From Negativicutes bacterium (GTDB lineage Bacteria > Bacillota > Negativicutes > UBA1444), in the NCBI GenBank assembly GCA_963665275.2, contig CAXXIN010000006.1, positions 26,164 to 90,163 of the forward strand: 64,000 nt of DNA, read 5' to 3'. A program made the translations under genes and the position numbers. Shown piece after piece: positions 28,463 to 37,983 of the stretch (within the stretch, counting starts at the first letter, position 1; each line of letters begins with the position of its first letter). Under the pieces are notes generated by a model. It did not search any database. It was given only the letters and a program-made list of their open reading frames with translations, and was not told the origin of the DNA.

Positions 28463-30925
28463 TTAAATGAACAGGTTCATGTCCGACTGCTCCGCTGACT
28501 CGATGTAACTTGCCACTCCGGCAATTTCGACTCCGTCTATCAACTCGTCCGCCGTAAGCCCCATGACATCCATCGACATCTGACAAGCAATCAGGCGGAC
28601 TCCCTGCTTCTGTGCATGGTTGATCAGTTCCGGCAGAGTGCTGACGTTTTTTTGCTTCATGATATATTTCATCATCAGCGTCCCCATCCCGCCCATATGC
28701 ATTTTCGATAAGCTCAGCTGTGTAGGGCCTTCCGGGAGCATCCACCCGAACATTTTCGCCAGCAGGTCTTTGCTGACGGCCGGAGGGGGAGTTTTTCGCA
28801 GTATGCTGAGTCCCCAGAAAGTGAAGAATAGGGTCACCGGTTTCCCTGTAGCGGCTGCCCCGTTGGCAATAATAAACGAAGCAATGGCCTTGTCCAGATC
28901 ATTGCTGAAAACAACGATGGTTTTTCCGCTGTTCGGGGAGGATGCATTGGCTGCTGCGTTTGCGGTGGGAACGGATGAACCTTTCCGGACCCGGGCGGTG
29001 ATGATTCCCTGGCTTGCATTAATTTCGATCAAAGTATTGCGAGTGGAGCGGCACCAGGACGCAATATCGTTTTTAAAGCCGGGGTCGGTAGTTTTGACTT
29101 CAATGACTGACCCCTCAGCCGCACCTGCCACTGCTTCCGCCAGTTTCATGATCGGACCGGGACACTGTAGTCCGCAGGCATCGATGGAGAGCGAAATTTC
29201 GGCTGGATTCTGCATGTTGCCACGCTCCTGTATTTCAATGTTTGAATTATTGACGTTAGCGGCGGCAGTTTCTTTGCCATCGGCCATGATTGGTTTGTAG
29301 ATGGATAATCCGCCAATCAGGTTGTATATTTCGCTAAAACCATTCTGCAGCAAAATGCGGCTGGCAAAATAGCCTTTTTGGCCTTTGGCGCAAAATGTAA
29401 CAACCTTTTTGTTTTTTGGTATTTCGTCCATACGGCCGCGCAGCTCTTCGAGTGGAATGTTAACGGCATTCTTGATGCTGCCCAATGAAAATTCCAGCGA
29501 AGAGCGAACATCCAGCAAAACTGTATTTGCATCCGTCGGATTGATTTCATTCCAATGAATTGGCTTCATTTTTCCGCTTCGCATATTTTCTGCGATCATT
29601 CCAATCACATTGACTGGATCTTTAGCGGAACCAAATGGCGGTGCGTAAGCCAGTTCCAGATCCATCAAATCGCTTGTCGCGCCGGCAAAAGCCATGGCAG
29701 TGGCGAGGGCGTCGATTCTTTTATCAACCCCGTCAATGCCGACGATTTGTGCGCCCAGAATTTTCCCGTCGGTAGGGTCAAACAACAGTTTGATCGACAT
29801 CGCAAAAGGATTCGGGTAATACTCGGCATGCGACCACCCGAGGGAATAGGCTTTTTGGCATGCGATATTGAGACGTTTCAGCTGTTTTTCATTATTGCCT
29901 GTCGTGGCAACCGTGAGATCAAATACCTTGGCAACTGAGGTCCCCAATGTGTGCCGATAACGGCTGTCCATGCCGGCAATGTTTTCCGCAACGATCCGGC
30001 CCTGTCGGTTGGCTGGACCGGCCAAAGGGATCATCGCTTTCTGCGTCGATACTGCGCCATTGATTTCTATCGCGTCACCTAATGCGTAGATATCAGGATC
30101 GCTGGTCCGCAGGTGCTCATCGACCCAAATCCCGCCGCTGACTCCAATCGTCAATCCGGCCGCGGTTGCCAGAGTCGTTTCCGGGCGTACGCCGATCGCC
30201 AAAATCACCAGATCAGTTTCGATTTGCGTGCCGCTACGCAAAACGACTGTTAACGTTTCACCGGCGTTAAAGGCTTGCACACCATCAGACAAGTGCAGCG
30301 CGACACCCTGATCACGGATATGCTGGTGTACTTGAGCTGCCAGTTCTATATCCAGTGGCGCCATCACCTGCTCGGAAAGTTCGACGATGGCAACTTTCAG
30401 ACCCCGATGCACTAAATTCTCAGCCATTTCCAACCCGATAAAGCCGCCCCCGACCACAACGGCCTGAGAGCCGGGCTTGGCAGCCTGTTTGATTTTGACT
30501 CCGTCCTCCACAGTGCGCACCGTGAAGATTCTTTCATCCCCAATGCCGGGGATGGGAGGGCGAAGCGGCGCGGCGCCGGGAGACAAAACCAGCTTGTCGT
30601 AAGTTTCTTCGTATTGCTCGTGGGTCTGATGATTGAGCGCCGTTACTGTTTTTCGGGTGCGGTCAATTGCAGTTATTTCCGTTTCAGTCCGCACATCCAC
30701 ACTTAGCAGCGCTTTGAATTTTTCGGGTGTCATTACCAGCAGTTTATTCTCATCCTTGATCACGTCGCCGCAATAATACGGGATACCGCAGTTGGCAAAG
30801 GAGATATGTCGTCCCCGTTCGAACATGATGATTTCGCAGTGCTCGTCCATTCTGCGCAAACGGGCTGCGGTACTCGCTCCGCCGGCAACTCCACCGATGA
30901 TGATTACTTTCATTCTTTGTTTCAA
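28463..30925 (-). CDS. CoA-disulfide reductase-rhodanese-TusA-DsrE fusion
   Basis: GGVAGG, SFANCG, YAPPF, rhodanese CAKGQKG, TusA CGLQCPGP and DsrE FFTFWGL..IACQMSMD. Confidence 0.9.
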   Translation of the reverse strand: MKQRMKVIIIGGVAGGASTAARLRRMDEHCEIIMFERGRHISFANCGIPYYCGDVIKDENKLLVMTPEKFKALLSVDVRTETEITAIDRTRKTVTALNHQTHEQYEETYDKLVLSPGAAPLRPPIPGIGDERIFTVRTVEDGVKIKQAAKPGSQAVVVGGGFIGLEMAENLVHRGLKVAIVELSEQVMAPLDIELAAQVHQHIRDQGVALHLSDGVQAFNAGETLTVVLRSGTQIETDLVILAIGVRPETTLATAAGLTIGVSGGIWVDEHLRTSDPDIYALGDAIEINGAVSTQKAMIPLAGPANRQGRIVAENIAGMDSRYRHTLGTSVAKVFDLTVATTGNNEKQLKRLNIACQKAYSLGWSHAEYYPNPFAMSIKLLFDPTDGKILGAQIVGIDGVDKRIDALATAMAFAGATSDLMDLELAYAPPFGSAKDPVNVIGMIAENMRSGKMKPIHWNEINPTDANTVLLDVRSSLEFSLGSIKNAVNIPLEELRGRMDEIPKNKKVVTFCAKGQKGYFASRILLQNGFSEIYNLIGGLSIYKPIMADGKETAAANVNNSNIEIQERGNMQNPAEISLSIDACGLQCPGPIMKLAEAVAGAAEGSVIEVKTTDPGFKNDIASWCRSTRNTLIEINASQGIITARVRKGSSVPTANAAANASSPNSGKTIVVFSNDLDKAIASFIIANGAAATGKPVTLFFTFWGLSILRKTPPPAVSKDLLAKMFGWMLPEGPTQLSLSKMHMGGMGTLMMKYIMKQKNVSTLPELINHAQKQGVRLIACQMSMDVMGLTADELIDGVEIAGVASYIESAEQSDMNLFI

Positions 30926-30940
30926 TCCTCCATTTCCTTA

Positions 30941-31270
30941 TTATAAAGTCGCGAATTCGCTTTCAGGATCGTCGGTTGGGCATTGGCCCGTGGCAAGGTT
31001 TTGTCCATCAAGCCCTTGCAGCATTCCCCGTACCTCTTCGTTGACCAGTTTATAACAGATCAGATTTCCCTTCCGGCACCCGATGATAATTCCAGCTGCT
31101 TTCAAAACGGTAAGATGCTGCGAAATAACCGGCTGTGGCAAGCCCATCTTTTCAACCATTTTATTCACATGGCATTCATCTTTTTGCATCAGTCCGGCGA
31201 CGATCTGAACGCGTACTGGATGGGCCAGGGCTTTGAAGAGATAGGCCAGTTTCTCAAAATCACAACTCAT
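30941..31270 (-). CDS. ArsR/SmtB-family regulator, Cys-rich
   Basis: FKALAHPVRVQI and ISQHLTVLK; 5 Cys. Confidence 0.88.
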   Translation of the reverse strand: MSCDFEKLAYLFKALAHPVRVQIVAGLMQKDECHVNKMVEKMGLPQPVISQHLTVLKAAGIIIGCRKGNLICYKLVNEEVRGMLQGLDGQNLATGQCPTDDPESEFATL

Positions 31271-31308
31271 CTTTTCTATGCAACCCCTTTAAATATTAAA
31301 AAATTAGG

Positions 31309-31345
31309 ATATTAGAATTATCTAATATAAAATTGTTCGTGTCAA
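31309..31345 (-). promoter_or_regulatory. Sigma-A promoter overlapped by palindromic ArsR operator
   Basis: TTGACA-N17-GATAAT on minus strand; ATATTAGA-ATTA-TCTAATAT at 31309-31328. Confidence 0.6.
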
Positions 31346-31631
31346 GCATCCTCACGCATTATTTGGATGCAATGAATGGGTGCCTTTTTCAGATATATTT
31401 GGTTTCGGGATTTACAGTCGTGATTGTTCATGCTAAAATTTAATTATTGATTGGATTTTGGCTTGTTCTTAGTGGCAATGGGGCCTTTGCAGGGAAGTTT
31501 TCTCTGCAGAGGCCGTTTTATCTTTTATGAAGGGTTTTCAAAAAAACAGTTGAGTGCAGAGTGGAGAAATATGCCGGACACTGAGGGGATATGTTATAAT
31601 TTTTCCAGGTGGAAGGAAAAAATTGGAGGAA

Positions 31632-32669
31632 ATGATGTCGAATAATTTTGAGAGATTCAGTCCCTTGGCGAACCGCTTGGATCGGTTGATGAGTCTGGAC
31701 ATTGCGTGTCGCGGCGTAATCCAGGTCCTGTATACGGCTGCTGCCGAACAGCAGGGCGCCCCCTTGGTATTGTCGGCGGCCCAAAATCTGTTGCAACAGG
31801 TGCGCCCAGGTGATGCTGTTTTCATCGCCACCGGTTGGATGGATCAACCGCTTGTAGATCCTGGTCATGGTGAAACGGATGGGCCTCCAGGCGCGATTGC
31901 TCTGGCTCGCGCATTGCGGATCACTTGCAAGGCAAGGCCGATCATCCTCACAGACGCCAGCCTGGTCGACGGCATCGCCACTTTGGCCAGAGCCTCCGGA
32001 TGTCAGTGCGTGCCACCGGAAAATCTGCACTACTCGATTTCTATGAACAAACTGTTGACGTTGTCGGTTCTGCCTTTTCCCGAAGATTGGACAAGCGCCC
32101 AGAAAGAAGCGCTCCGCCTATTCGACGAGTTTTCTCCGACAGCCTGTATCGCATTGGAACGAGGCGCGATGAATGAGCAGGGTGTCATCCACAATATGGC
32201 CGGCATGAATACCAACGCTTCGCAAGCTAAATTGGACGCAGTGTTTCAGGTCGCAACACAAAAATCCGTTTTGACCCTGGGGATTGGTGACGGCGGTAAT
32301 GAGATCGGCATGGCGAATATTGCCGACTGTATTCGCTCCTCCATTCCTTTTGGCCGAGAATGCGCCTGCGGTTGCGGCGGAGGGCTGGCGCCCGCTACCT
32401 TGGTTGATCTTCTTATGCCTGCGGCTGTCAGCAACTGGGGTGCTTATGCGCTGGCATCAATGCTCGCGGCGCTTACCGGCATGAAGGAAGCGCTGCCGGA
32501 TCCAGTACGAGAACGCCGTGTTTTAGAAGCGTCAGTCGGCGCTGGATTTCATGATGCCATCTATGGCGAAGTCTGCGGTAGCGTGGATGGGGCTTCCATG
32601 GAGACTCAACTGGCGGTTGTGCAGCTAATGCGGGAGGCAGTACTGCAGGATGCCAAACGTAACGGATGA
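31632..32669 (+). CDS. D-glutamate cyclase domain protein (DUF4392)
   Basis: GETDGPPGA, GIGDGGNEIGM and VSNWGAY. Confidence 0.85.
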   Translation: MMSNNFERFSPLANRLDRLMSLDIACRGVIQVLYTAAAEQQGAPLVLSAAQNLLQQVRPGDAVFIATGWMDQPLVDPGHGETDGPPGAIALARALRITCKARPIILTDASLVDGIATLARASGCQCVPPENLHYSISMNKLLTLSVLPFPEDWTSAQKEALRLFDEFSPTACIALERGAMNEQGVIHNMAGMNTNASQAKLDAVFQVATQKSVLTLGIGDGGNEIGMANIADCIRSSIPFGRECACGCGGGLAPATLVDLLMPAAVSNWGAYALASMLAALTGMKEALPDPVRERRVLEASVGAGFHDAIYGEVCGSVDGASMETQLAVVQLMREAVLQDAKRNG

Positions 32670-32684
32670 ACAGGAGGGGCGATC

Positions 32685-33476
32685 GTGACAGAGCTAATCA
32701 ATGAATCTCCGCAACAGGTGCGTGAAAAGATCCGCCGCGGCGAGTGGGTCCGTCCCACTGCCGGTTTATGTCCGGGCCATGTACAGGCGAATCTTGCCAT
32801 AGTTCCCAAGAACCTAGCCTATGAATTCCTGCTGTTTTGTCAACGCAACCCGAAGCCTTGCCCGGTTCTGGACGTGACGGACGCCGGATCGCCGGAACCT
32901 CGCTTTTTGGCGCCGGGAGCAGATTTGCGCTATGACATCCCCAAATATCGTGTCTGGAAACACGGCGAACTGGTTGATGAGCCTACGGATGTTGCCAGCT
33001 ATTGGCGTGACGATTTGGTGGCTTTTTTGCTCGGTTGCAGTTTTACGTTCGAATCAGCCTTGCTGAAGGCCGGCGTTCCCGTGCGCCATATCGAGGAAGA
33101 CCGGAATGTTCCGATGTATATGACCAACATCGCTTGTCGCCCGGCAGGATTCTTCCATGGATCGACTGTTGTCAGTATGCGGCCAATGCGCCCTGAGTTG
33201 GCAATTCGTGCAGTACAGGTAACTTCGCGGTTCCCTGGAGTCCATGGGGCGCCGCTGCACATCGGGGATCCGGCGGCCATCGGCATCGCGGACGTGCATA
33301 AACCGGATTTTGGCGAAGCAGTCACTATGAACTCCGGAGAAGTACCGGTATTCTGGGCCTGCGGCGTTACCCCTCAGGCGGTTGCGATGGCAGTCAAGCC
33401 GGAGCTGATGATCACGCATGCTCCCGGCTACATGTTCATCGGCGATATTCGTGATGAAGAACTGGCTGTGTTCTAA
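32685..33476 (+). CDS. Putative hydro-lyase YcsI/DUF1445 (D-glutamate cyclase family)
   Basis: FCQRNPKPCP, LGCSFTFE, VFWACGVTPQ and ITHAPG. Confidence 0.9.
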   Translation: MTELINESPQQVREKIRRGEWVRPTAGLCPGHVQANLAIVPKNLAYEFLLFCQRNPKPCPVLDVTDAGSPEPRFLAPGADLRYDIPKYRVWKHGELVDEPTDVASYWRDDLVAFLLGCSFTFESALLKAGVPVRHIEEDRNVPMYMTNIACRPAGFFHGSTVVSMRPMRPELAIRAVQVTSRFPGVHGAPLHIGDPAAIGIADVHKPDFGEAVTMNSGEVPVFWACGVTPQAVAMAVKPELMITHAPGYMFIGDIRDEELAVF

Positions 33477-33501
33477 AAAATATTTGGCGCAAAGAACCTC
33501 A

Positions 33502-33549
33502 AAGGGCTGTCTCAAAACAGGTTTTTCAATCTGTTTTGAGACAGCCCTT
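33502..33549. terminator. Bidirectional terminator hairpin
   Basis: Perfect 19-bp stem AAGGGCTGTCTCAAAACAG / CTGTTTTGAGACAGCCCTT. Confidence 0.75.
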
Positions 33550-33605
33550 CGTAAGAACAACTGTGTTGCCATCGGTCTCTTGCCTGCGGATTAATAGATG
33601 AGTTT

Positions 33606-34715
33606 CTAGTGGTGGTGAGCCAGCCGGCTGAGAGCGAAGACTTCTTCTTCGCCCAATACGCGGCGAATTTCCACTTTGGGATGTTCACGCAGATCCAGCA
33701 TCGCTTTTTTCGTCAGGATTTTTTTGTGCGAATTGAGCATCAAGCGTATCGTCGGTCTATTCTGCATGCCCCAGTATAGCGCCACCACCACGCCGATGTC
33801 ACCTGTCGACAATTCTACAACGCTGCCAACAGGGTACATGGCAAGGCGAGTCAAGAACGCCGTCAGCACTTCTGTGTCAAACTGCTGATTCATAGCATCC
33901 GCCATCATCAGGCAGGCTTCGTGAGGGAAACGGGCTTTGCTGTAAGGCCTGTCACAGGTTACCTCGTCGTAAACATCCGCCACAGCAACGATCCTCGCAT
34001 ATTCGAGAATCTCCGACTTGGCCAGTTGTCGGGGATAACCGGTTCCGTCCGGGCGTTTATGATGCTGCAGGGCCATGTGCATCACCGGAGCGGGGATGAT
34101 CCTCGGACTGGCGGAACGCAGAATGCCAAACCCCAGTGTCACGTGTTCCATCATAATTTCGTATTCCGCTGTCGTCAAAAGGCCGCGCTTATTGACAATT
34201 GCGGGGTCGATGAGCATTTTGCCAACATCGTGCAACAAACCGCCCAATGCCACATCATGCATCTTTCGGGGCGGATAATCCATCGCCAGGGCGATCACAA
34301 CACACAACACTGCTACATTGACCGAGTGACTGAAAGTAGCCTCTTTATACGAACGGGTATCAGTCAGCTGTACCAGCGATCGGGAATTGAGAGTCACTTC
34401 GGTCACGATCTGGGCCGCCATATCCATGAACTGGTGCACGTTCCAGGGCTTTCCCTCCCGGATTGCCAAAAATTCCTTCTGTAGCGACGAAATCAAACGA
34501 ATTCGTGTCATTTCGTCAATGATATCGGAAGGAACGGCATCGGCAAAAAACGGATTATGAACATAAACCGCTGGAATGCCGACCTGCTTCAGCCGTTTGA
34601 TATAAAGCTCTGTGATTTCCACATTGGCTCTGATCAACAGTTGGCCTTCAGCAGTGAAGATGTTTTCCGAAGTCAGCATGCCGGGACGCAGTCTTTGCAA
34701 TGTTACTCGTTGTAT
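33606..34715 (-). CDS. HD-GYP domain protein (possibly degenerate; ATA or TTG start)
   Basis: HSVNV, LLHDVGK, HHKRPDGTGYP and ADVYD. Confidence 0.85.
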   Translation of the reverse strand: MQRVTLQRLRPGMLTSENIFTAEGQLLIRANVEITELYIKRLKQVGIPAVYVHNPFFADAVPSDIIDEMTRIRLISSLQKEFLAIREGKPWNVHQFMDMAAQIVTEVTLNSRSLVQLTDTRSYKEATFSHSVNVAVLCVVIALAMDYPPRKMHDVALGGLLHDVGKMLIDPAIVNKRGLLTTAEYEIMMEHVTLGFGILRSASPRIIPAPVMHMALQHHKRPDGTGYPRQLAKSEILEYARIVAVADVYDEVTCDRPYSKARFPHEACLMMADAMNQQFDTEVLTAFLTRLAMYPVGSVVELSTGDIGVVVALYWGMQNRPTIRLMLNSHKKILTKKAMLDLREHPKVEIRRVLGEEEVFALSRLAHHH

Positions 34716-34763
34716 GACGGCTCAGCTCCCTCTCCCACAAAAACATCCGCTTGTTCTAATTTA

Positions 34764-34798
34764 AGTATATAAGCGGACTTCCGCCTACGCAAGTCCGC
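34764..34798 (-). promoter_or_regulatory. Sigma-A promoter with overlapping inverted repeat
   Basis: TTGCGT-N17-TATACT on minus strand; inverted repeat GCGGACTT..AAGTCCGC spans the -35. Confidence 0.5.
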
Positions 34799-34968
34799 AC
34801 TTGCTCAAGGTAACAATTGTTTGCGATTTTTATCAGCATTGTCGGTGTGAATTTTGGCTGATTTCTGGTAGACTATAACCATGGTTCGCAGTAACCTCAA
34901 AGGCTCGGAACATGTATCCCGGCAAAGGCCGGATCCCATGACAGGATAGCTGGTTAGGGGAGCAGTGA

Positions 34969-37900
34969 ATGGATTTGTCTTTTTTAATCGGCATAGGGAA
35001 TAATATCACCTTATTGCTGGCGCTTGGCTTTCTCTATTCGGTATGCATCCGTCGCTGGGATGTCAAAACGATAAAAGGGAAACTCATCGCTGGCTTTTTG
35101 TTTGGCAGTGTGGCTATGATTGGCATGATCTTTCCCCTGCAATACGCACCTGGGCTTATTTTCGACGGGAGATCTATCCTCATCGGGATCATCGGTCTGT
35201 TCGGCGGTGGGATAGCGGCTTCTGTCGCGGTGCTGATGACTGGAACCCTGCGCATCTGGCAGGGCGGCAGCGGTATGGGGATGGGGTTGGCGACCATTCT
35301 GTCCTCGGCTGCAATTGGTGTGCTCGCTCATATTCTAAGGCCTCGCTTCAAATGGCTGACGCAAGTGCTTCCGCTATTGGGGTTCGGTTTGGTGCTCCAC
35401 CTTGCCATGTTGGGTTGTACCCTTTTTTTACCGGCGAACCTTCGCGCAGGAGTGGTGGATGAATTAGTCGTGCCGCTACTGGTGCTCTATCCTCTGGCGA
35501 CGATGCTGTACGGACGTCTGATCGTTGCCCTGGAAGAACGGAATCAAACACAAGAAGAGCTTGTACGAAAAGTTGAGGAAAGAACGCAAGAGTTGCAGGC
35601 CCAGAACGAAGAGATCACGGCCTTGAATGAAGAAATGAACGCTCTTAACGAAGAGGCGGTATCACTCAATCAAACCCTCGGAGAAATGAATGAAGCCCTT
35701 GAACGCCGGGTTTCGGAAAGAACGGTTGATTTAACTTCTGCCCATCAGGAATTGACTGCGCAGTATGAAGAACTGGAAATGGCGCAGGAAAAGATGCGGC
35801 GCAGCGCTGAAATTCAGACGATATTGCGAAAAATTGCTGAAGCTGCAGTTCTGGAACGGTCGCTGGATGGACTTTACAAGAGAGTTCATCATCTGGTGGG
35901 GCGGGTCTTGCCGGCCAAAAATTTTTATATCGCTCTATTGGATGCCCGCGCGAACGAATTTGTGTTTCCGTACCGTGTGGATGAAACGAGTACGATCCCC
36001 CTACGGAGAGTAGTGGGGAACGGCCTTTCAGATTATGTCATGCGGCAGTGCAGGGCTGTTTCCATCACGCCGGCGGAGCTGGCGCGACTGCGGGACCAAG
36101 GGGAGGTTCTGATCCGATTGGTCAATTACGACCAGTGGGTCGGAGCGCCCTTGATCGATTCCAAGGGGCAGGCATTTGGCTGCATGGCTTTGTTTTTGGT
36201 CGCTGAAGAAACCAGCTTGCTTCAATCGGAAGATCTGGACGTTCTCACCATTATCGCGGCGCAGGTCTCGCAAGCGATCGAGCGAAAACGGACGGAGGTC
36301 TTTTTGCGGGAAAGCGAAGAACGGTTCCGCCAAGCGATGGAGTTCTCGGAGGTGGGGCTGGTTGACGTGGACCTTTTGCGCCAAACTATACTATTATCCT
36401 CCCATTGGCGACAGTCTCTTGCACTCCCTGGCGGAGAGGGGGAGCTATCGTGGGAGTCTTATTTGTCTCTGATTCACCCTGAAGACCGCGCGCGGCAGCA
36501 ACAATCTCTTTTGTCGCATCTGAGCGGAGATGCGGCGATGCATGAATCCGAGTATCGGCTGCGCTTGCCGGACGGCTCCTGGATATGGGTGCTGTCGCGA
36601 GCCAAAGCGATGCGGGATGCCGAGCAAGCTCCAGTTCGCCTGATTGGAACACTCGCGGATATTACCGAATTGAAGACGCGGGAAGGAAAGGAAAAGTTCA
36701 AGGCCGAACATGATGAGCTGACTGGACGCTATAATCGGCAGGGATTTTCGGCAAGAGTGACTGAGTTGTTGGCGATAGACCGCCGAGGCGCGCTGATGCT
36801 GATTGACATTGATGATTTCGAACTGATCAACGCCGTTCACGGGCGTGATATCGGAGATCAATGTTTGCTTGCGTTTGCTCAATTTCTACAAGACTCTTTT
36901 GGACAGGAGGCAATCGTGGCCCGCTTTGGCGGCGATGAATTCCTGCTATTTTTCCACGGAGATCACGATCTGCAGCAACCCAGACAAGTGTTTGGGTCCA
37001 TGGAATCGGTTTGCCTGGAAACAAAAGCGGGTTCTTTTTTCGTTCAGATGAGCGCAGGGATATCTCTGTGTCCAATACATGGAGATCAACTGGATTTGCT
37101 GCTCCGACAGGCTGATTTGGCCCTCAGTCACGCAAAAAAGCAAGGGAAATGGTGCTGCAGGGTTTATGAACCCTCTTTGCAGCAAGTGTTCGGCCGTCGT
37201 CAAACCATCCGGGAAGAATTGAACAAAGCGATTGCGAACCATGAATTTCACCTGGTTTATCAACCGATTTTCAACATTCAGACTGAACCGGAAACGGTTG
37301 CCGGCTATGAAGCTCTGCTTCGGTGGACGAGTCCTACACTGGGAGCCGTGTCTCCGGTAGAATTCATACCGGAAGCAGAAAACACCAATCTGATTCTGCC
37401 GATTGGAAGATGGGTGCTTGAGGAGGCTTGCCGTTTTTCTGCTGCTTGCCGACAGTCTGACGGCAAATTTGCCAACGTAGCGGTCAACGTATCCATGCGG
37501 CAAATGGCGCTGCCTTCTTTTGCCGGGCAAGTCAAAGAGGTTCTGCAGAGTTCGGGCGTGCCTGCGGGCGCATTGAACCTGGAAGTGACGGAAAGCGTTC
37601 TGATGTCGGATGTGGAAAAAAGCGTGTCGTGCCTGTCGGAGCTTCGAGATCTGGGCATCGACATTTCACTGGATGACTTCGGTACTGGCTATTCTTCTTT
37701 TACCTATTTGGCCAAGTTGCCCATTGCGACGCTGAAAATCGATAAGACGCTGGTGGATGATCTAGCGGATGGAACGGAAAATAACAGTGTTCTACTACTT
37801 GAGACGCTGCTTAATATGTCGACTCTGCTGGGGTACAAGGTTGTAGCCGAAGGAGTGGAGCGACCGGAGCAGTTGCAGTTGCTGAAGGCGAAGGGCTGCA

Positions 37901-37983
37901 ACTATTGCCAGGGATATTTACTGGGACGTCCGATGCTGGGGCAGACAATACTGGAAAACAGGGGGCGCATATCATGCTGTTGA
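34969..37983 (+). CDS. 5TMR-LYT/coiled-coil/GAF/PAS-GGDEF-EAL protein
   Basis: N-terminal TM region with PGLIFDGR, heptad coil, GAF, PAS-PAC, RFGGDEF, EALLRW and DDFGTGYSS. Confidence 0.9.
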   Translation: MDLSFLIGIGNNITLLLALGFLYSVCIRRWDVKTIKGKLIAGFLFGSVAMIGMIFPLQYAPGLIFDGRSILIGIIGLFGGGIAASVAVLMTGTLRIWQGGSGMGMGLATILSSAAIGVLAHILRPRFKWLTQVLPLLGFGLVLHLAMLGCTLFLPANLRAGVVDELVVPLLVLYPLATMLYGRLIVALEERNQTQEELVRKVEERTQELQAQNEEITALNEEMNALNEEAVSLNQTLGEMNEALERRVSERTVDLTSAHQELTAQYEELEMAQEKMRRSAEIQTILRKIAEAAVLERSLDGLYKRVHHLVGRVLPAKNFYIALLDARANEFVFPYRVDETSTIPLRRVVGNGLSDYVMRQCRAVSITPAELARLRDQGEVLIRLVNYDQWVGAPLIDSKGQAFGCMALFLVAEETSLLQSEDLDVLTIIAAQVSQAIERKRTEVFLRESEERFRQAMEFSEVGLVDVDLLRQTILLSSHWRQSLALPGGEGELSWESYLSLIHPEDRARQQQSLLSHLSGDAAMHESEYRLRLPDGSWIWVLSRAKAMRDAEQAPVRLIGTLADITELKTREGKEKFKAEHDELTGRYNRQGFSARVTELLAIDRRGALMLIDIDDFELINAVHGRDIGDQCLLAFAQFLQDSFGQEAIVARFGGDEFLLFFHGDHDLQQPRQVFGSMESVCLETKAGSFFVQMSAGISLCPIHGDQLDLLLRQADLALSHAKKQGKWCCRVYEPSLQQVFGRRQTIREELNKAIANHEFHLVYQPIFNIQTEPETVAGYEALLRWTSPTLGAVSPVEFIPEAENTNLILPIGRWVLEEACRFSAACRQSDGKFANVAVNVSMRQMALPSFAGQVKEVLQSSGVPAGALNLEVTESVLMSDVEKSVSCLSELRDLGIDISLDDFGTGYSSFTYLAKLPIATLKIDKTLVDDLADGTENNSVLLLETLLNMSTLLGYKVVAEGVERPEQLQLLKAKGCNYCQGYLLGRPMLGQTILENRGRISCC

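Noticed and set aside
34840-34960. c-di-AMP (ydaO) or c-di-GMP-I riboswitch
   Set aside because: Only fragments (TAACCTC..GGC; GCAAAG) match; the conserved upstream elements are missing
35560-35800. Repetitive NEE heptads in the GGDEF-EAL gene
   Set aside because: Ordinary signalling coiled coil, not a DNA repeat
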